Shown piece by piece: positions 26,216 to 39,472 of a DNA stretch of 64,000 nt. The translations under genes were made by a program, and so were the position numbers. The DNA is from Ginglymostoma cirratum (lineage: Eukaryota): NCBI GenBank assembly GCA_024137785.1, contig JAHRHZ010000020.1, positions 54,761,049 through 54,825,048 on the forward strand. Direction: 5' to 3'. How positions within the stretch are numbered: position 1 is the first letter of the stretch; the number at the start of each line of letters is the position of its first letter. The notes beneath the pieces were generated by a model. It did no database searches. It saw only the letters and a list, made by a program, of their open reading frames with translations, and had not been told where the DNA came from.

Positions 26216-28710
26216 GTTATGATACATCTCTGGAGCAGGTGGAATTTGAATGCTGGCCTCCTGGCCCAGAGGTACGGATGCTGCCACTGCATCAGAAGAA
26301 CCCCTCAACAGCCCAAAGGACGCTGGCGGGTTCTTGTTGGAAAATGTGAATTTCACATTAAGATTCAATTTTTCCTGAAATATGAAGAACTAAAGTGATA
26401 ACAAGGGATGAGGAGGAAGCACAGGACTGAGATTGGCAAAACGTAAATAACAGCAAGACATTCACTCACAAGTCACAACAGGGATTTCACACACCACAGC
26501 AGTTTATCTTGGTCGCTGCTCGCAGTATCGCTCCTGGCGGATGCAATCTTCAATCAGGTTACCACACAGACTGCTACCCTTGACTGTCAAAATATCACTG
26601 CCTGCTTCTTTTCCTGGTCGGCACATTTAAGCTAGTCATGTCTACAGGGTAAGGTTTTGCGTGTAATTTCAGCCAAGCTGCACCTGCATAGCTTTTTATC
26701 GAAGAGGAAGGAACCTAGACATGTTCAACGATAAACAGAGTTCCTCTTTCTCAGGAAAAGAAAAGTTACATGTTGATTATTCATTCCCTCAGCAAAACAC
26801 TGCCTTTATTCATTTCAGCTTTCATTAATAAATGCCTGCCTCAGTCCTCCACCTGATTTATTGTCACATGTACTACCAAAGCAGGCTCAGTCTGTACAGG
26901 TTTTGCTCAAACCTACCTTTCAGTTGTCCCAAGAAAGGGACATCACTGCGGTTGTTCTTTCAAATACAGAGAGTGGAAACTTGCTGTTGCTAAGAGTATA
27001 TGTTCCGGGACTGCATAGGGCTCATGGGCCCTTCTCTCCTCAGGTGTAGAATCGGTAAACAGGTTACACCAGTCAAACAGGTGCTACCTCCACCTCTCGC
27101 TTCTTAAAGAGACCACACAACAAAATAACTCCATTGAAATAATAACTAGCAAAGCAGTGAATGCTGGCACTGATTTAAGCGTAAGTCAGTGCACACCCCT
27201 TTTAAAGGTGGGGAGCGTGAGTGCCAAACAACCTAAATGAGGTCACAGTCCCAACAGGATAAACATGGCTCACAATACTTTTTAAAAAATAATTAACACT
27301 CACTTGTGTTACTAATCCTTTCATGTTTATTTGGTAGCTCAGTTGGTTGGAGGGCTGGTTTGCAATACACAATAACACTGGAAATACAAGTTCTAATTGA
27401 GGTTACTGTGAACCATTTCAATCTTAGTCCTGGCCTGAGACACTGCGACCCTCAGGTTAAATCGCCATCAGTTGCATCTCCCTAATGAATGTGGGACTGT
27501 GCCAGCTTCCACCTCACACTTTCTAAATTCGTGTTTCTTTTTTCAAATTGAATGAAGAAGCATCACTTTGCTGAGGTCAATATCTGATCTGCACCTCAAC
27601 TGAGATGCCCTAATCCACGTGATTTAAATGCCTTGTTAGTTTACTTTTCGATAATCCAACAATAACAATATTTCCTTAATTGCTGCATTTAAACTGTGTA
27701 ATTTAATTCCATCAGATGGAAGCATAGAATCTTAGAGCACACACGTCAGCCCATTCTGCCCATGCCAACTTTTTAAAAGTGCTAGTGGTGCAGTTCTTTA
27801 CAAAGTCCCATCCTATGTTTGACTGTGACAAAGGTAAAATATTCTCTTTACCCTGTCTGCAGAATGATTGGGCACACCTCCCCACTGGTATCCACTACAC
27901 TCCAGAAATGTTCCTAACCAATCTGTTCAGAGATGATATTAAATGCCTCTAGAGCGGGTGGGATGTGAATCCAGGCCCTCCAGCTCAGAGGTGGGGACAC
28001 TATCACTGCATCACAACAGCCCTACTCACCCAGCCCTATTCTTATTTCTCTAATTGGAGCCAGGGTCTCACCAACAATGGCTTCTCTTCCTACCCCGAAC
28101 AATCTTTCTCCTTAGTATCTATCCTTGTCTACTTCTTTCTGTTTTTCATCTACATGCTCTCGCTCAGTGAAAACAAATAGTTTTTATTTGATCACTGATG
28201 GCAGCCAACTTAACTCTCTCTCACCTCAGTCAATTTCATTGCAGGCTCTAAACACTCAAGCTGGTTATCTAACTTCCAATGCTGGACGAGCAGAAATTTC
28301 CTCCAGCTAGATATTTGGGGGATTGGAGCCATTGTCTTCAATGCCAGTCCCCAGTTTCATCCCTTTTCCTTAGTAACTCTCTGAGGCTGAACCAGACTGT
28401 TCACAAACTCAATGCCATATTTGAACCTGAAATGAGCTTTCAATTAGATTTCTGAAGCATCATTAAAAAGGTTGATTCCCACTTCCTCACACCTTTCTGC
28501 CCCGACCCCAGCTAGTTTGCTGCTCAAACCTTCATCCATGCCTTTGTTACCTCCATATCTTCAGTTGCCAAGGGACCTAAACGCAAGATTTCCCTTGCTG
28601 TACAACATTGTTTCTCTACTTAGCTTTCTTCCTTTGAGTTACTCATTAAAATTTCTTGCTTCGATGATGTTTGTGGGTCATAGTATCTTGTCAAGCGGCC
28701 AAAATCAATT

Positions 28711-28993
28711 GAAGAATCCCTTAAGTGTGGAAGCAGGCCCTTCAGCCCAACAAGTCCACACCAACCCACAGAACATCCCCCTATAACCCACCTACTTCAT
28801 ATATCCCTGAACACAACAGGCAATTTAGCATGTCCAATCCACCCAACCTGAACATCTTTGGACTGTGGGAGGAAACCCATGCAGACATGGGGAGAATGTG
28901 CAAACTCCAGAAAGACAGCTGCCCAAGGGTGGAATTGAACCTGCATCCCTGGCACTATGAGGCATCAGTGCTAACCACTGAGCCACCATGCCA
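28711..28993 (-). mobile_element. HE1-type tRNA-derived SINE
   Basis: The reverse complement begins ggcatggtggctcagtggttagcactgatgcctcatagtgccaggg...ggttcaattcc (A and B boxes). Confidence 0.85.
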
Positions 28994-29949
28994 TGGATTA
29001 GTTCTATAATGCTCCTGTGAAGAAACTTGGGCCGTTTTAACTCATTATAGGTGCTATATGAATAGAAATTATTGTTGTTATTATTATTTGTTTAATTCTA
29101 TAACCCTGATCCTTTCCAAAAGTTCTGCAAACTTTATTCCAAATATATGTGCAGTTTTTTGTTGAAAGGTTTTTTGCCACCAAGTTGTGAGTGAGACAAA
29201 ATTGTTCCATCAGCTGAATTCTGTGACTATTACCAGTCAATGACCTTGATTATTAACCTGCATTCCTTTATTCATGAGTTAGATTTTCAGTTGTCACTTT
29301 TCTCTTACAGCCCTGAACAAGTAGGATAATTTGCCCATTGACAGGTATCAGACTACATGGAGGTATATGGGACTGAGAGTCATTGTTTTAAGTATAGTTC
29401 TAAAGTAGCACTTGGGTTATGTAGCCTTGGTGTCAATCTTGTAATCCATTTTCACTTGTCTGTACAATTATTGAATTGACAACACATGCCTATGTACAGC
29501 GATGTATATCTGTTTAGGATTTCATGTCTTCAGAATGAAAGGAGGATGTTGCATTATGTCCTATAACGGATGTGTGATATACCTTGAAGGGACAAGCTTA
29601 TGATGTCATCATCATCATATCATAGCATGCGACCTAATGGTATACAGCTCTCAGTCTCCATCCTACTGAGCTCTGTCCTCCTGCAGTATGACATACTATG
29701 GGGAAGCACACTATAGTATATCCAAATAGCTTGTGCCCAGACATACAAGTCCCTGTCATTGTAATGTGTGTGTATGTATATATAAATAAAATAGTTGGGT
29801 AATAGCTAGATGAACATCAAGATCGGTAATAAAAGCTCATTGAGTTTCTCAGAGCGCCATCGCATTCATATTTATGTTATGGAAGCTAATATAACTATCA
29901 CAGCTTGATATTTCCAGATCATCACTTTATCTCATCATGACAGAGGCTG

Positions 29950-30362
29950 AATAGCATGGGGCTATTTTCCCTGGAACATCGGACACTGAGGAGTGACCTT
30001 ATAGAAGTTTATAAAATCATGAGGGACATGGACAGGGTAAACATTGAAGGCCTTTTCCCCAGATTGGGTGAGTCCAAAAGTAGAGAGCATAGATTTAAGG
30101 CAAGGGGGAAAGATTTGAAAGGGACCTAAGAGGCAATTTTTCACAGACAGTGTGGTGCATTTATGGAATGAGCTGCCAGAGGGAGTGGTGGAGGCTGGTA
30201 CAATTACAACATTTAAAAGGCATCTGGATAGGTACATGAACAAGAAGGGTTTAGAGAAATATGAGTCAAATGCTGGCAAATGGGACTAGATTAATTTAGG
30301 ATATCTGGTCGGCACGTATGAGGTGGAACAAAGGGTCTGTTTCCATGCTGTACAACCCTATA
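29950..30362 (+). mobile_element. CR1 3' fragment
   Basis: gagtgaccttatagaagtttataaaatcatg (DLIEVYKIM), WNELP and the 3' tail. Confidence 0.85.
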
Positions 30363-31979
30363 AATTGACTCATGTCAATTTACACAACCCCATTGCCTTC
30401 AAAAATATAAGCATAACTTTTTTAGGCAAAAAATCTACATTAATTTGATCCATTCTCTGACATCACCCCCCCCCCCCCACCACCCCTTTCACCATTTAAG
30501 GTTGTGGATTGTGTAATTGTTTCGGAGGTACGATTCATGTCAAACTCCAAGTGAAAATTAATCTATCACTCTATCACAATGTTTAGCCACATTGCAGGGT
30601 TAAGTCCATTCTGTTGAGATGACATCTCCCATCATACTGACCATTGTATATTTTTCCTTCTTCACTGTCTCCACCTCCTCCTCTGGTTCATTATGCTGCT
30701 TTCCTCCAACGTCATTTCTCTTTCTATGTTGCCCAATTCTATGAAATTACTTTTGCTTGCTAATTACCTATCAGCATTCCCTTTTATTTGTTCATGGGAT
30801 GCCAACATCGTTGGTCATCATTAATTGCCTATGTTTAAATTGTCCTCAAGCTGGGCGAGTCCCTGCTTGAATTAGGACAGTCCTTGTGATATATGTACAT
30901 CCACAGTGGTGTTGGGGAGAGACTTCCAATATTTTTTGACCCAGAGTTGGCTCCTCAGTGACATCATTCTTAAGCTTCTGTACATATGTTGACGATCCCC
31001 AGCCTGAACTGTGCAGATTCTCTCTCAAACCCTGTATGTCTTTGTGCTGTTGGTCTGTAAGTGTGATACCAAGACTTGGACCAGGGGCAAACCTCTTCAA
31101 TAGAACATTAGGAAAGCTAACGATGCTACCTCAATGTTCGTAATAAGCTCCTCTAACTTAATACTGACTCCACCATACTCTGGCCTATCATAGAACAAGG
31201 ATGTAGACAACCTGCTCACATATGCTCAAATTTGATCAGAATCCACATTTTCTCCATTTATCTTCACCTCCAACCCTAATATTGTCCCCTGTTACTGAAG
31301 CCCTCATTCATTTTCTCCTCAGTACCCAACATATTCAATGCTGTCCTTGCTGATCTCCATAGACTCAAACTTGTCAAAACCACTACTATGAACGTCCTTT
31401 CCCACAGGAAGCCTTGTTCATCCATCACTGAGATAAAATGACTCCCTATTCCCCAGCCCTTCAGATCTAAAATATTTTTCCTTCTCTTTAAAGCCTTTGA
31501 ATAACTAGTCCCTCTGATTTCTGCAAGCCTTCTCCAACTTCTTCTCCCTCACACTTCCTTCAGTCTTTTAATTCTATTTTGTCAGAACTTCAGATCCACA
31601 AAGTAACAGATAGTACTGTTTTCCATTGTCTCAGCGCGCTTCCAACAGTCAGGAAGGAGTGAGCACTTCCAGAGTGAGACACAACCCCAGATGACAAGTC
31701 ATTTGGGGAATTTAGAGGAAGTGTGAGAATTCAGTGCAGAGGGAAAAAGGTGTGTTTCACTTGCTTATTTTTGGTTCATAGTTTTTAAGGTTCGTTCTAA
31801 ATTGGAAAAATTGCAGCCACGAGCAGGGACCTAGTACAAATGAATGACATCCCAGGTAAACCATAAGCTCAGTTGATGATAGCTACTAATTTGACTATCT
31901 ATTATAAGTTATTTTCCATTTGAAGGTAAAAAGGAGGAAGTATTTACAGGCTACAAACTAAAAGTTCAGTACAAAATTT

Positions 31980-33125
31980 TCAAAAATCAAGTTAAGAACT
32001 AAAGGATTAAAATAGAAATGCTTGGCCAGGTGATGTGTTGTTCCTGTATGATGTGAGAACTGAAGGATCCTATTGGGGATCATAGTAACCACATCTGTAG
32101 CAAGCATTGGTTGCCTGAGGAACTCCAACTCAGTTGATGAGCTGGAGTCTGAGCTTCAAACACTGCGACACTTCAGGGAGGGGGAAGAGATACCTCGACA
32201 CTATGTTTCAGGAGGCAGTCGCAGCCCTTAGATTAACTACCTTAAATTCAGTCAGTGGTCAGGGACAGGAGGGTGCGAGTACAAACAAGGCAGGTAGAGG
32301 GATCCAGGAGGTAGTGCTGAAGGAGCATCAGTCCTTGAGCTTGTCAAACAGGTTTGAGGTTCTTTCTCCCTGATTGGGTGAGAGTGGGGGCTGTACAGAG
32401 GATGAGCAAACTGACCTTAGCACCATGGTACAGCGAGCCATTCAAGAGGCAGGGAAACAGAAATGGAGTTGTAATCAGGGATAGTATAGTTAGGGGAATA
32501 GACACTGTTCCCTGCGGCCAGGATCAAGGGTCCCAAAGGCTGTATTGCCTGTCCGGTACCCGAGTTCAGGCTATCTCATCTGGGCTGCAGAGAAACTTGA
32601 ATGGGACATTGGCATCAGTTCTGCAGAAAAAGAGAGTCCAGAGAAAATATATAGGAATGCTCCTGGGAATGAAGAGCTTGTCATATGAGGAGTGATTAAG
32701 GACTCTGGGTCTGTATTCTATGACATTTAGAAGGATGAGGGGGGCTCTGACTGAAACTTTCAGAATACTGAGAAGCCTAGATAGAGCGGATGCAGAGAAG
32801 GTGTTTCCATTAGGAAAGACTGGAACCTGAGGACACAGCCTCAGAGTAAAGGGACGACCCTTTAGAACTGAGATGAAGAGGAATTACTTCAGCCAGAGAG
32901 TTGTGAATCTGCGGAACTCATTGCTGCAAAGGCTGTGGAGGCCAAGCCATTGAGTGTTTTTAAGAGAGGCAGAGAAATAGGATCTTGATAAGTAAGAGGA
33001 TCAAGGGTTATGGGGACAAGGCAGGGGAATGGGGTTGAGAAACTTATCAGCCATGATCAAATGGTGGAGCAGACTTGATGGGCCAAATAATCTAATTCTG
33101 CTCCTATATCGTACGATCTTAGTCC
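31980..33125 (+). mobile_element. Internally deleted CR1: ORF1 (Cys-rich plus esterase remnant) joined to the ORF2 3' end
   Basis: MLGQVMCCSCMM.., LSLSNRFEVL and VVIRDSIVRGID..LYCLSGTRV, followed at about 32610-32630 by an abrupt switch to RVQRKYIGMLLGMKSLSYEE and the CR1 tail. Confidence 0.7.
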
Positions 33126-34277
33126 TGTTATGTAGAATTCTCTCTCCAAACCACACAGCTTCTCTTTCTTCTCTAAAAAAATCTTCACAACACCAACAGT
33201 ATTGTAAGTTACTTGCAGCAAAGCAGAATCAGTTACACCTTGCAACCAATCCAGAATATGCCTTGGAGTGCTAGTTGGTGGGATGGGAGTTTGAACAGAG
33301 ACACCCAGGGATCATTTACACAGATCTTTCAAAACACGATAGCAGAGACATTACTATATTTTATTTCTCCATTACAACAGTAACTGCACATCAAAGTACA
33401 TCACTGCTGCACTCTCTCCAATGAATCCACAGCTTACCTATGATGTGGCACCAACAACTGTACCCAATAGTCCAGCTGAGATCCAAAACATTTTTACAAG
33501 TTTAATGTCACTTCCTTGCTCTTGTACTCTATATTCCTATTAATATAACAGAAGACATTGTATGCTTTATTAACTGCCCTATCCACTTGTCCTGCTCCTT
33601 CCAAGCCTGAAGAGAACACATTCTGAGAAAATAGTCAAACCAAGAAATGGCTGAAGTGGACAACATTTCTGCCAACCGTCTACAATTGGAATCAGTGATT
33701 TGTGCGATAACGAGGTAATGGCATATTTAACTATTATTATACATTTGTATACATAGTGAGAAAACGCTCGGAGAGGAAAGAGGTACCAGAGTGAAACAAT
33801 CTGAAAGGGTTAATACAGAGGACAGGCTTATGCAGAAGGAATTTATGAGATTGACACTCAGGCTGTAGGACTTCGGTTATGCAGCGAGACGAGACACACT
33901 GGGGTCGCTCTCCTTAGAGAGAACGACAAGAAAAGATTTGGTGGAAGCGTTACAACTCATGACCAGCTTTGAGCCCAAATAAAAGGAAACCCTTTCCAGT
34001 GGAGTGAGTTAGGCAATAGGGTAAAAGAGCCAAGGTAATAGAACCATGACCAACGTGAGATTTATAACCAAAGATCTTGAATGCACCACCCAAAAGGGTG
34101 ATTGAAGCAAATTCAACAATACAATTTAAAAGTCAATTGAATAAAGAATTGAGGAGAAAAAACAGAGCGCTTTGGAGCAAAAGCAGGAGAGAGGGATGAA
34201 ATGAACAGATCCAATATAGAGCCAACAAGGTGAAGTTAAATTCTCCTATGCTGTTATGTTGTATGATTCTATAATCA

Positions 34278-35085
34278 TGTGATGGAAAGAATAAGATTTA
34301 TATGCATTTTAATATTACTTATTTTAGGGTGTAAATTAGTGTAATGTGCATTCGATCTGTGTCTATGAAGGGTTTAATGATTAACTTGTAGCCATGGTGG
34401 ATTCTTTTATGAAACAGTATTAGAGAGAGACACTCTGAAGTGCTTTGGTCTTTTGTTTTCCTTGGATGAGTTTTAAGAATGAATAGAGTAAATAATTGTA
34501 CATCAGGTGTGGATATATGTGTCTGGATTTTTTTTTGATTTGGAGAAAACACAGTTTCAGTTTGGCAGTTTTGCAGAAGTGGGACTTGTACACAGTTTCC
34601 CTAAAGAAGGGAAATGGTTTAGAACTATTATGAAAAGGTTACCACGGTGTAAGCACCTTATTTAAAAGCTACAGACATGGAGTACGAGGTGAGAAACCCA
34701 AAGTGGTTATTTGAACTCAAAGTCTGCAATCAGTTGTATGCGGTCTCAAGGAAAAGGTAATCATACTCTCTAAACCAGAAATTTTAAGCCAGAGCTAATT
34801 CAAATCCTCAGTACGGTAAAGAAGAGAATTCTTACCACTGTAAAATAGTGCATTTGGGATTAATGCGATTGTATTTTGCAGTGCATTTGCAAATATTTAA
34901 ACTTGCATTATATGTCAGTAGTTCAGTTTGTTCCATCTTAATTTGTGTGTAATAAACTTATGTTTTATTGTTAAAACCAAACCTGCAAGAATATGCATGT
35001 GTATTTCAGAGTAAAACCATCTTGTTAAATTGAAAAGAAACAAAATACATTCCATCAAGCCAGATTTTAATCTGCAATCATAACA
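34278..35085 (+). mobile_element. Possible solo LTR
   Basis: Begins TGTGAT, ends ATCATAACA, with AATAAA at 34951 about 130 nt before the end. No clear TSD. Confidence 0.4.
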
Positions 35086-35467
35086 CACTACATTGATCGT
35101 TGGTATTTGGGTATGTTATTAATAAGGACAGAATTGAGCTCTGGGCATTTCCCAAAACAAAATGCCATTGTGTCAGATATCAAGTGTGATTTATCAAGTT
35201 AATTTGCATTACTGAATAAATGGATTCTTCAATACGGTTCCTTCCAAGTGTCTGATTCCAGCTGAGACAATAGCTAGAAATGGAGGTGAAATAGAATTTG
35301 TTGGGGAAAGGCTACAGCTGACATGTTTCAAAATTTAAAAATGGCAATGAAAGAGTCACAGGCAAGTAGGTTAGTAACTCAAGGTGATAGTGGTGAAGTA
35401 GAACTGGGTCCCATCTTTATCCATGTGGAAGACAACACCCACTTCCTGGTGAAGGAAGTCAGAATTC

Positions 35468-35560
35468 ACACAACACTAGGTTAGAGTCCAACAGATTTAT
35501 TCAAAAATCACAAACATTTGGCGTACTGCTCCTTCATCAGGTGAAGTGGAAGGAGGCGAA
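35468..35560 (-). mobile_element. Terminus of a second Penelope family with a decayed hammerhead
   Basis: The reverse complement reads cacctgatgaaggagcagtacgccaaatgtttgtga...aataaatctgttggactctaacctagtgttgtg. Confidence 0.55.
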
Positions 35561-35767
35561 CAGGCACAGAATATACAGGCAGAGAGATAAGGGCAAGATA
35601 ATTCTGGTGAAGCAGCATTTCAAATACAGGAATATAAGAGGATTCAAGTGACTCTAGAAAGTCCATGTTGGCAACAAAGTAAATGCTGTTGGGCAATTCC
35701 CTGGCTACTGATTAGGTTAAAACTGAAATTAGGCAAGGTCAGTTCCACATGACTGGATTTTTTTCCC

Positions 35768-36122
35768 CCTTTATTCTTTCACGAGACAAGGCCATCACTG
35801 GCTAGCACCATTTATTACCCATCTCTAACTGCCCAGAGGGCAGTTAAGAGTCACCCACATTGCTATGGGTCTAGAGTCACATGTAAGCCAGAACAGGTAA
35901 GGATGGCAGTTTCCTTCCCTAAAAGGAATTAGTAAACCAGATGGGTTTTTTCCGACAAATCGACAATGGATTCATGGTCATCATTAGATTCTTAATTCCA
36001 GATATTTACTGAATTCAAACTCTACCAGCTGCCATGATGGACTTCGAACCTGGGTCCCCAGAACATTATCTGGGTCTGTGGATTAACAGTCCAGCGATAA
36101 TACCATTAGGCCATCACCTCCC
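35768..36122 (-). mobile_element. tRNA-derived SINE sharing its 3' tail with the CR1/L2-clade LINE
   Basis: Head gggaggtgatggcctaatggtattatcgctggactgttaatcc...ggttcgaagtcc (A and B boxes) and tail gggcagttagagatgggtaataaatggtgctagccagtgatg. A decayed relative lies at about 16270-16555. Confidence 0.75.
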
Positions 36123-36628
36123 TGAGAACAAGTGGAGAACAAGTATCAGTAGGGAATGATTGGGCCAACCACGTGAAGGCAGCAGATATGGTGAAGAACA
36201 ATGAGGAGGAATAGTGCACTGTGGTGAGTGACAGAGGACCTCAGTTCCCTTAAGGTTCTTGCGCTGCTGTTGTAGGGGTGAAAATCTGATGGAAAGTTCA
36301 ACCATTCGTTCGGGGCATTGTTTAATTCCAAGAATCAGAAGGAAAAGTTGATTTAATACAATTAGGCCAAATGGACAAAATTGGAGTATATGTAATGGCA
36401 CATCTTCTGATCAGACCTAGGAGTGGGATTGAAGGTGGAGAGAAATTGTTTCAAACTGGGTTCACTGAATTTCTTTTGACTGCATGTCAGGTTATCTTTA
36501 AAGGTACTTTGATCAATGGATTTTTACCCTATTCCCTCCATGGGAGAGGGCAATCCCAGATAAATATAAACACTTGTTTTTGTTTACAAATATACAGCTC
36601 AGTCAGTATTTGTTGTATTCAAAATTGC

Positions 36629-36780
36629 TTTAATCACAAAAGGTTTTATTCTGGTGATAATTGTTGATTTAAACATGACTGGAATGTACACCAAATCAAT
36701 GACAGACATCTCTGTAACACCTCTTTTCATTGTTCTATTTTGAGGCAATTCCAAACAACTATTCAGAAGAGACTTTTATT
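36629..36780 (-). terminator. Candidate polyadenylation signals of ATP6V0A4 (3'UTR of about 0.8-0.9 kb)
   Basis: Minus-strand AATAAA at 36775-36780 and 36645-36650, plus ATTAAA at 36629-36634, after a repeat-free AT-rich stretch following the stop codon. The site actually used is unknown. Confidence 0.45.
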
Positions 36781-37540
36781 TACATAGGTCTGCAGGCAGT
36801 AAAGGAAAACTTACACATTGAGCCGACATGGTGACTTTGTAACATGAGCCTTGTTTGGGCTAATTTCCTAGGAGGTCTTTACTGTGACCCTAAAATGGGT
36901 TTTTAACGAATCATGTTGACCGTGACTTCGGCTGACATTGACAAGTAAAATTTCTTAACATTACTTAAGATTTCTCATGGCACAGCAATCATATTCACAC
37001 GTGATAGATAAACAATGCATCATCTTATGACATTTTGAAGGCTAAGGTGTAGTAGATTGCCCATTAAATACAGTGGCTCTCACTTCTAGCAGTGCCTTTT
37101 TCTAAGGTGTCAACAATGCTAGAAACTGTCAGTCTTGTAACTCCTAGTCAAAACAGGGCACGTGATTCACCAAATTTCACTACCAGCCTGAAGCAAGTGC
37201 AAAATCATTTAAAGTTAATTTTTATCTTCATTGAAAACCTCATCTCAAATTGTGCGTGTATTAACAGATAAACTTAACATGATAGAACAGTCAGTTCTCG
37301 ATCATAACAGCCATTTCTCCACTGATTTTAATCTTATCAGATTTGCCAGATAGCACTTAGGAGTACTCCAGCTCAATGTTACATACTAAAATTTGCACAG
37401 CTAAAGTTCAAAACCTTAGTTTTAGCTGTAAATCAATCTATTGTATCATTTTAATTGAGATCGTTAATTGTTTTTGAATGTCACTATCTTTCAATCTGTA
37501 GTTGAAACATTCATTGTTGAAAACAATGTTGAAATCAGCT

Positions 37541-37634
37541 TTATTCATCTGGATTTCCATCCAGAATGGATTTGAATGAAAATGGATTAAACTTGTAGCC
37601 AGCTCCACCATAGAACTTGTTCTGGAACTCAACC
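37541..37634 (-). CDS. ATP6V0A4: V-ATPase subunit a4-like, last coding exon (94 nt including TAA)
   Basis: tag|G GTT. Translates [30 protein letters not shown]; this C-terminus resembles a4 (..PFSFKHILDG..). Confidence 0.97.
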
Positions 37635-38469
37635 CTAGGAGGGAAAAAATAAAAGAAATGGGCGCAATGTTAAACACTGCTTAAAATGATACATTTTGAT
37701 AGGAAGATGTCAAGCTCATTTACACTTAACAATTGACAGGTATTCACTAAATTAGATTCCACTACATTTCCCACCTCACTCCAGGTATGGTAAATATGTA
37801 CTTACACAGCCCTAAACTAAAGGTTCCACAGTCATTTCCAAGGAATTCTTTACCTCCGTAATATGAAGTTTCCTTGGATCTCAGTTAACTGAGTATTTCT
37901 TTGTTAGATCAAAATTGTGACCTCTCCTTTGCAGCTCCTTGTACCTGCTTGCAACCTCCTGTTAGCCCCTTCAACCCTTCATCCTTCTTTGCAACGTCAG
38001 CCTTCACCACCCAGGAAACCTATAATTTCCTCCACATTCCCTCCTGCAATTACATCCTCCTCCCTCCCCTGGTTGACACCAATACCCAGCAGTCTTAGAT
38101 TCAGCAAAAACCTACACATCCCAAGCGATGGTGACTTTCAGCACACACCTCCTGCAACTGTAGGCCCTCCTCACACCATTCACCCATCCCTCTTGTTCTG
38201 TATCTTAGGCTACCCTACTACCTCTCAGACCCTGCATCTCAGCTCTCAGAGCAACTCCTTTGTAGCCAGCAGCAACTTTCCCTACTCCTTGCAGCTCTTC
38301 CATAGACTACATCTCTCCAGGGTTTGGATAGGTTACTATCAACCCCCAGTCATAGCCTGATGCTTTTCGGGGATGTACCTTCTTACCATTTCTGTCCATT
38401 CCATTCAAGAGGGTGACATTTCATTGGCCATCTTGTGTGCTTTTCCCTGTATGCTTTTGGGACTTAGGC

Positions 38470-38790
38470 AGAAAGAGGCCATTTGGCCCATCAAGTCTAC
38501 ACTGACCCTCCAAACAGCATCTCACCCAGACCCACCCTATTCCCGTATTTCCCATAGCTTATCCTTCTAGCCTACACATCCCTGAACACTATGGGGCAAT
38601 TTAACATGGCCAATCCACCTAACCTGCACATCTTTTTCCTGTGCAAGGAAACCGGAGCACCTGAATGAAACCCACGCAGACACGTGGAGAATGTGCAAAC
38701 TCCACATAGACAGTCACCCGAGGCTGGAGTTGAACCTGAGTCCCTGGCACTGTGAGGCAGCTGTGGTAACCACTGTGCCACCATGCCACC
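38470..38790 (-). mobile_element. HE1-type SINE in the last ATP6V0A4 intron
   Basis: ggtggcatggtggcacagtggttaccacagctgcctcacagtgccagggactcaggttcaactcc head and an HE1 body. Confidence 0.9.
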
Positions 38791-39300
38791 AACCCCATGG
38801 GTAGTGAACATTGATATGAAGGTGTTGCAGAGGAGGCAGAAAAGATTCATGGGTGTGTTTCCAATGATATGAGTCTGCATGCATATATTGGAGAAACTGT
38901 GAAGAAAAGACCATAAGGAGATTTGATTGAGCTGTTTAATATTATTGACAGTCAACTGGGGCGGGGGAACTGTTCCCATTGGAGAAAGGGCAAGAATCAC
39001 AAGACACTGGCTTGAAGGTCATTAAAAATCTGACACAGACGGAAGGCTTGTTTTAAACACAGTGATTGGGAACTGGAATGTAATGGAGGCAGATTTAATC
39101 ATGGCTTTCAAAAGGGATTTTGATGAGCACCTTCAGAGAGGTAACAAACAGCGGAGCTACAGGGACGGTGGCAGAAGTGTGACTGAAATGTTCTCACAGA
39201 CAGTAAGCATTGGCATGGCAGATAGAATGGCCACAGTGCAAGAGAGGAACTATTCTATGTTTTAGTCCCCAGGCCAGCTAATATACATTGAATGACTTAC

Positions 39301-39472
39301 CAATGAAGACGCAGAGCATGCAGGAAAGCAGATAATCCTTCCATTACCAACAGAATAGCAACTGTTAAGATGGCAAAAATTGCAAATATGATGAAGACAC
39401 CAATCAGGCCAGCCCAAGAAGCACTACTCAAGCCAATGCGCATCACCATGGTCCAGAGGACTTCTGATAACT
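39301..39472 (-). CDS. ATP6V0A4: V-ATPase subunit a4-like, coding exon (172 nt)
   Basis: tag|AG TTA...CAT TG|gtaag. Translates [58 protein letters not shown]. Confidence 0.98.

Noticed and set aside
38730-38790. tRNA-like A and B boxes (also near 28930-28993, 36040-36122 and 53410-53471)
   Set aside because: They are SINE heads continuing into SINE bodies, not tRNA genes.
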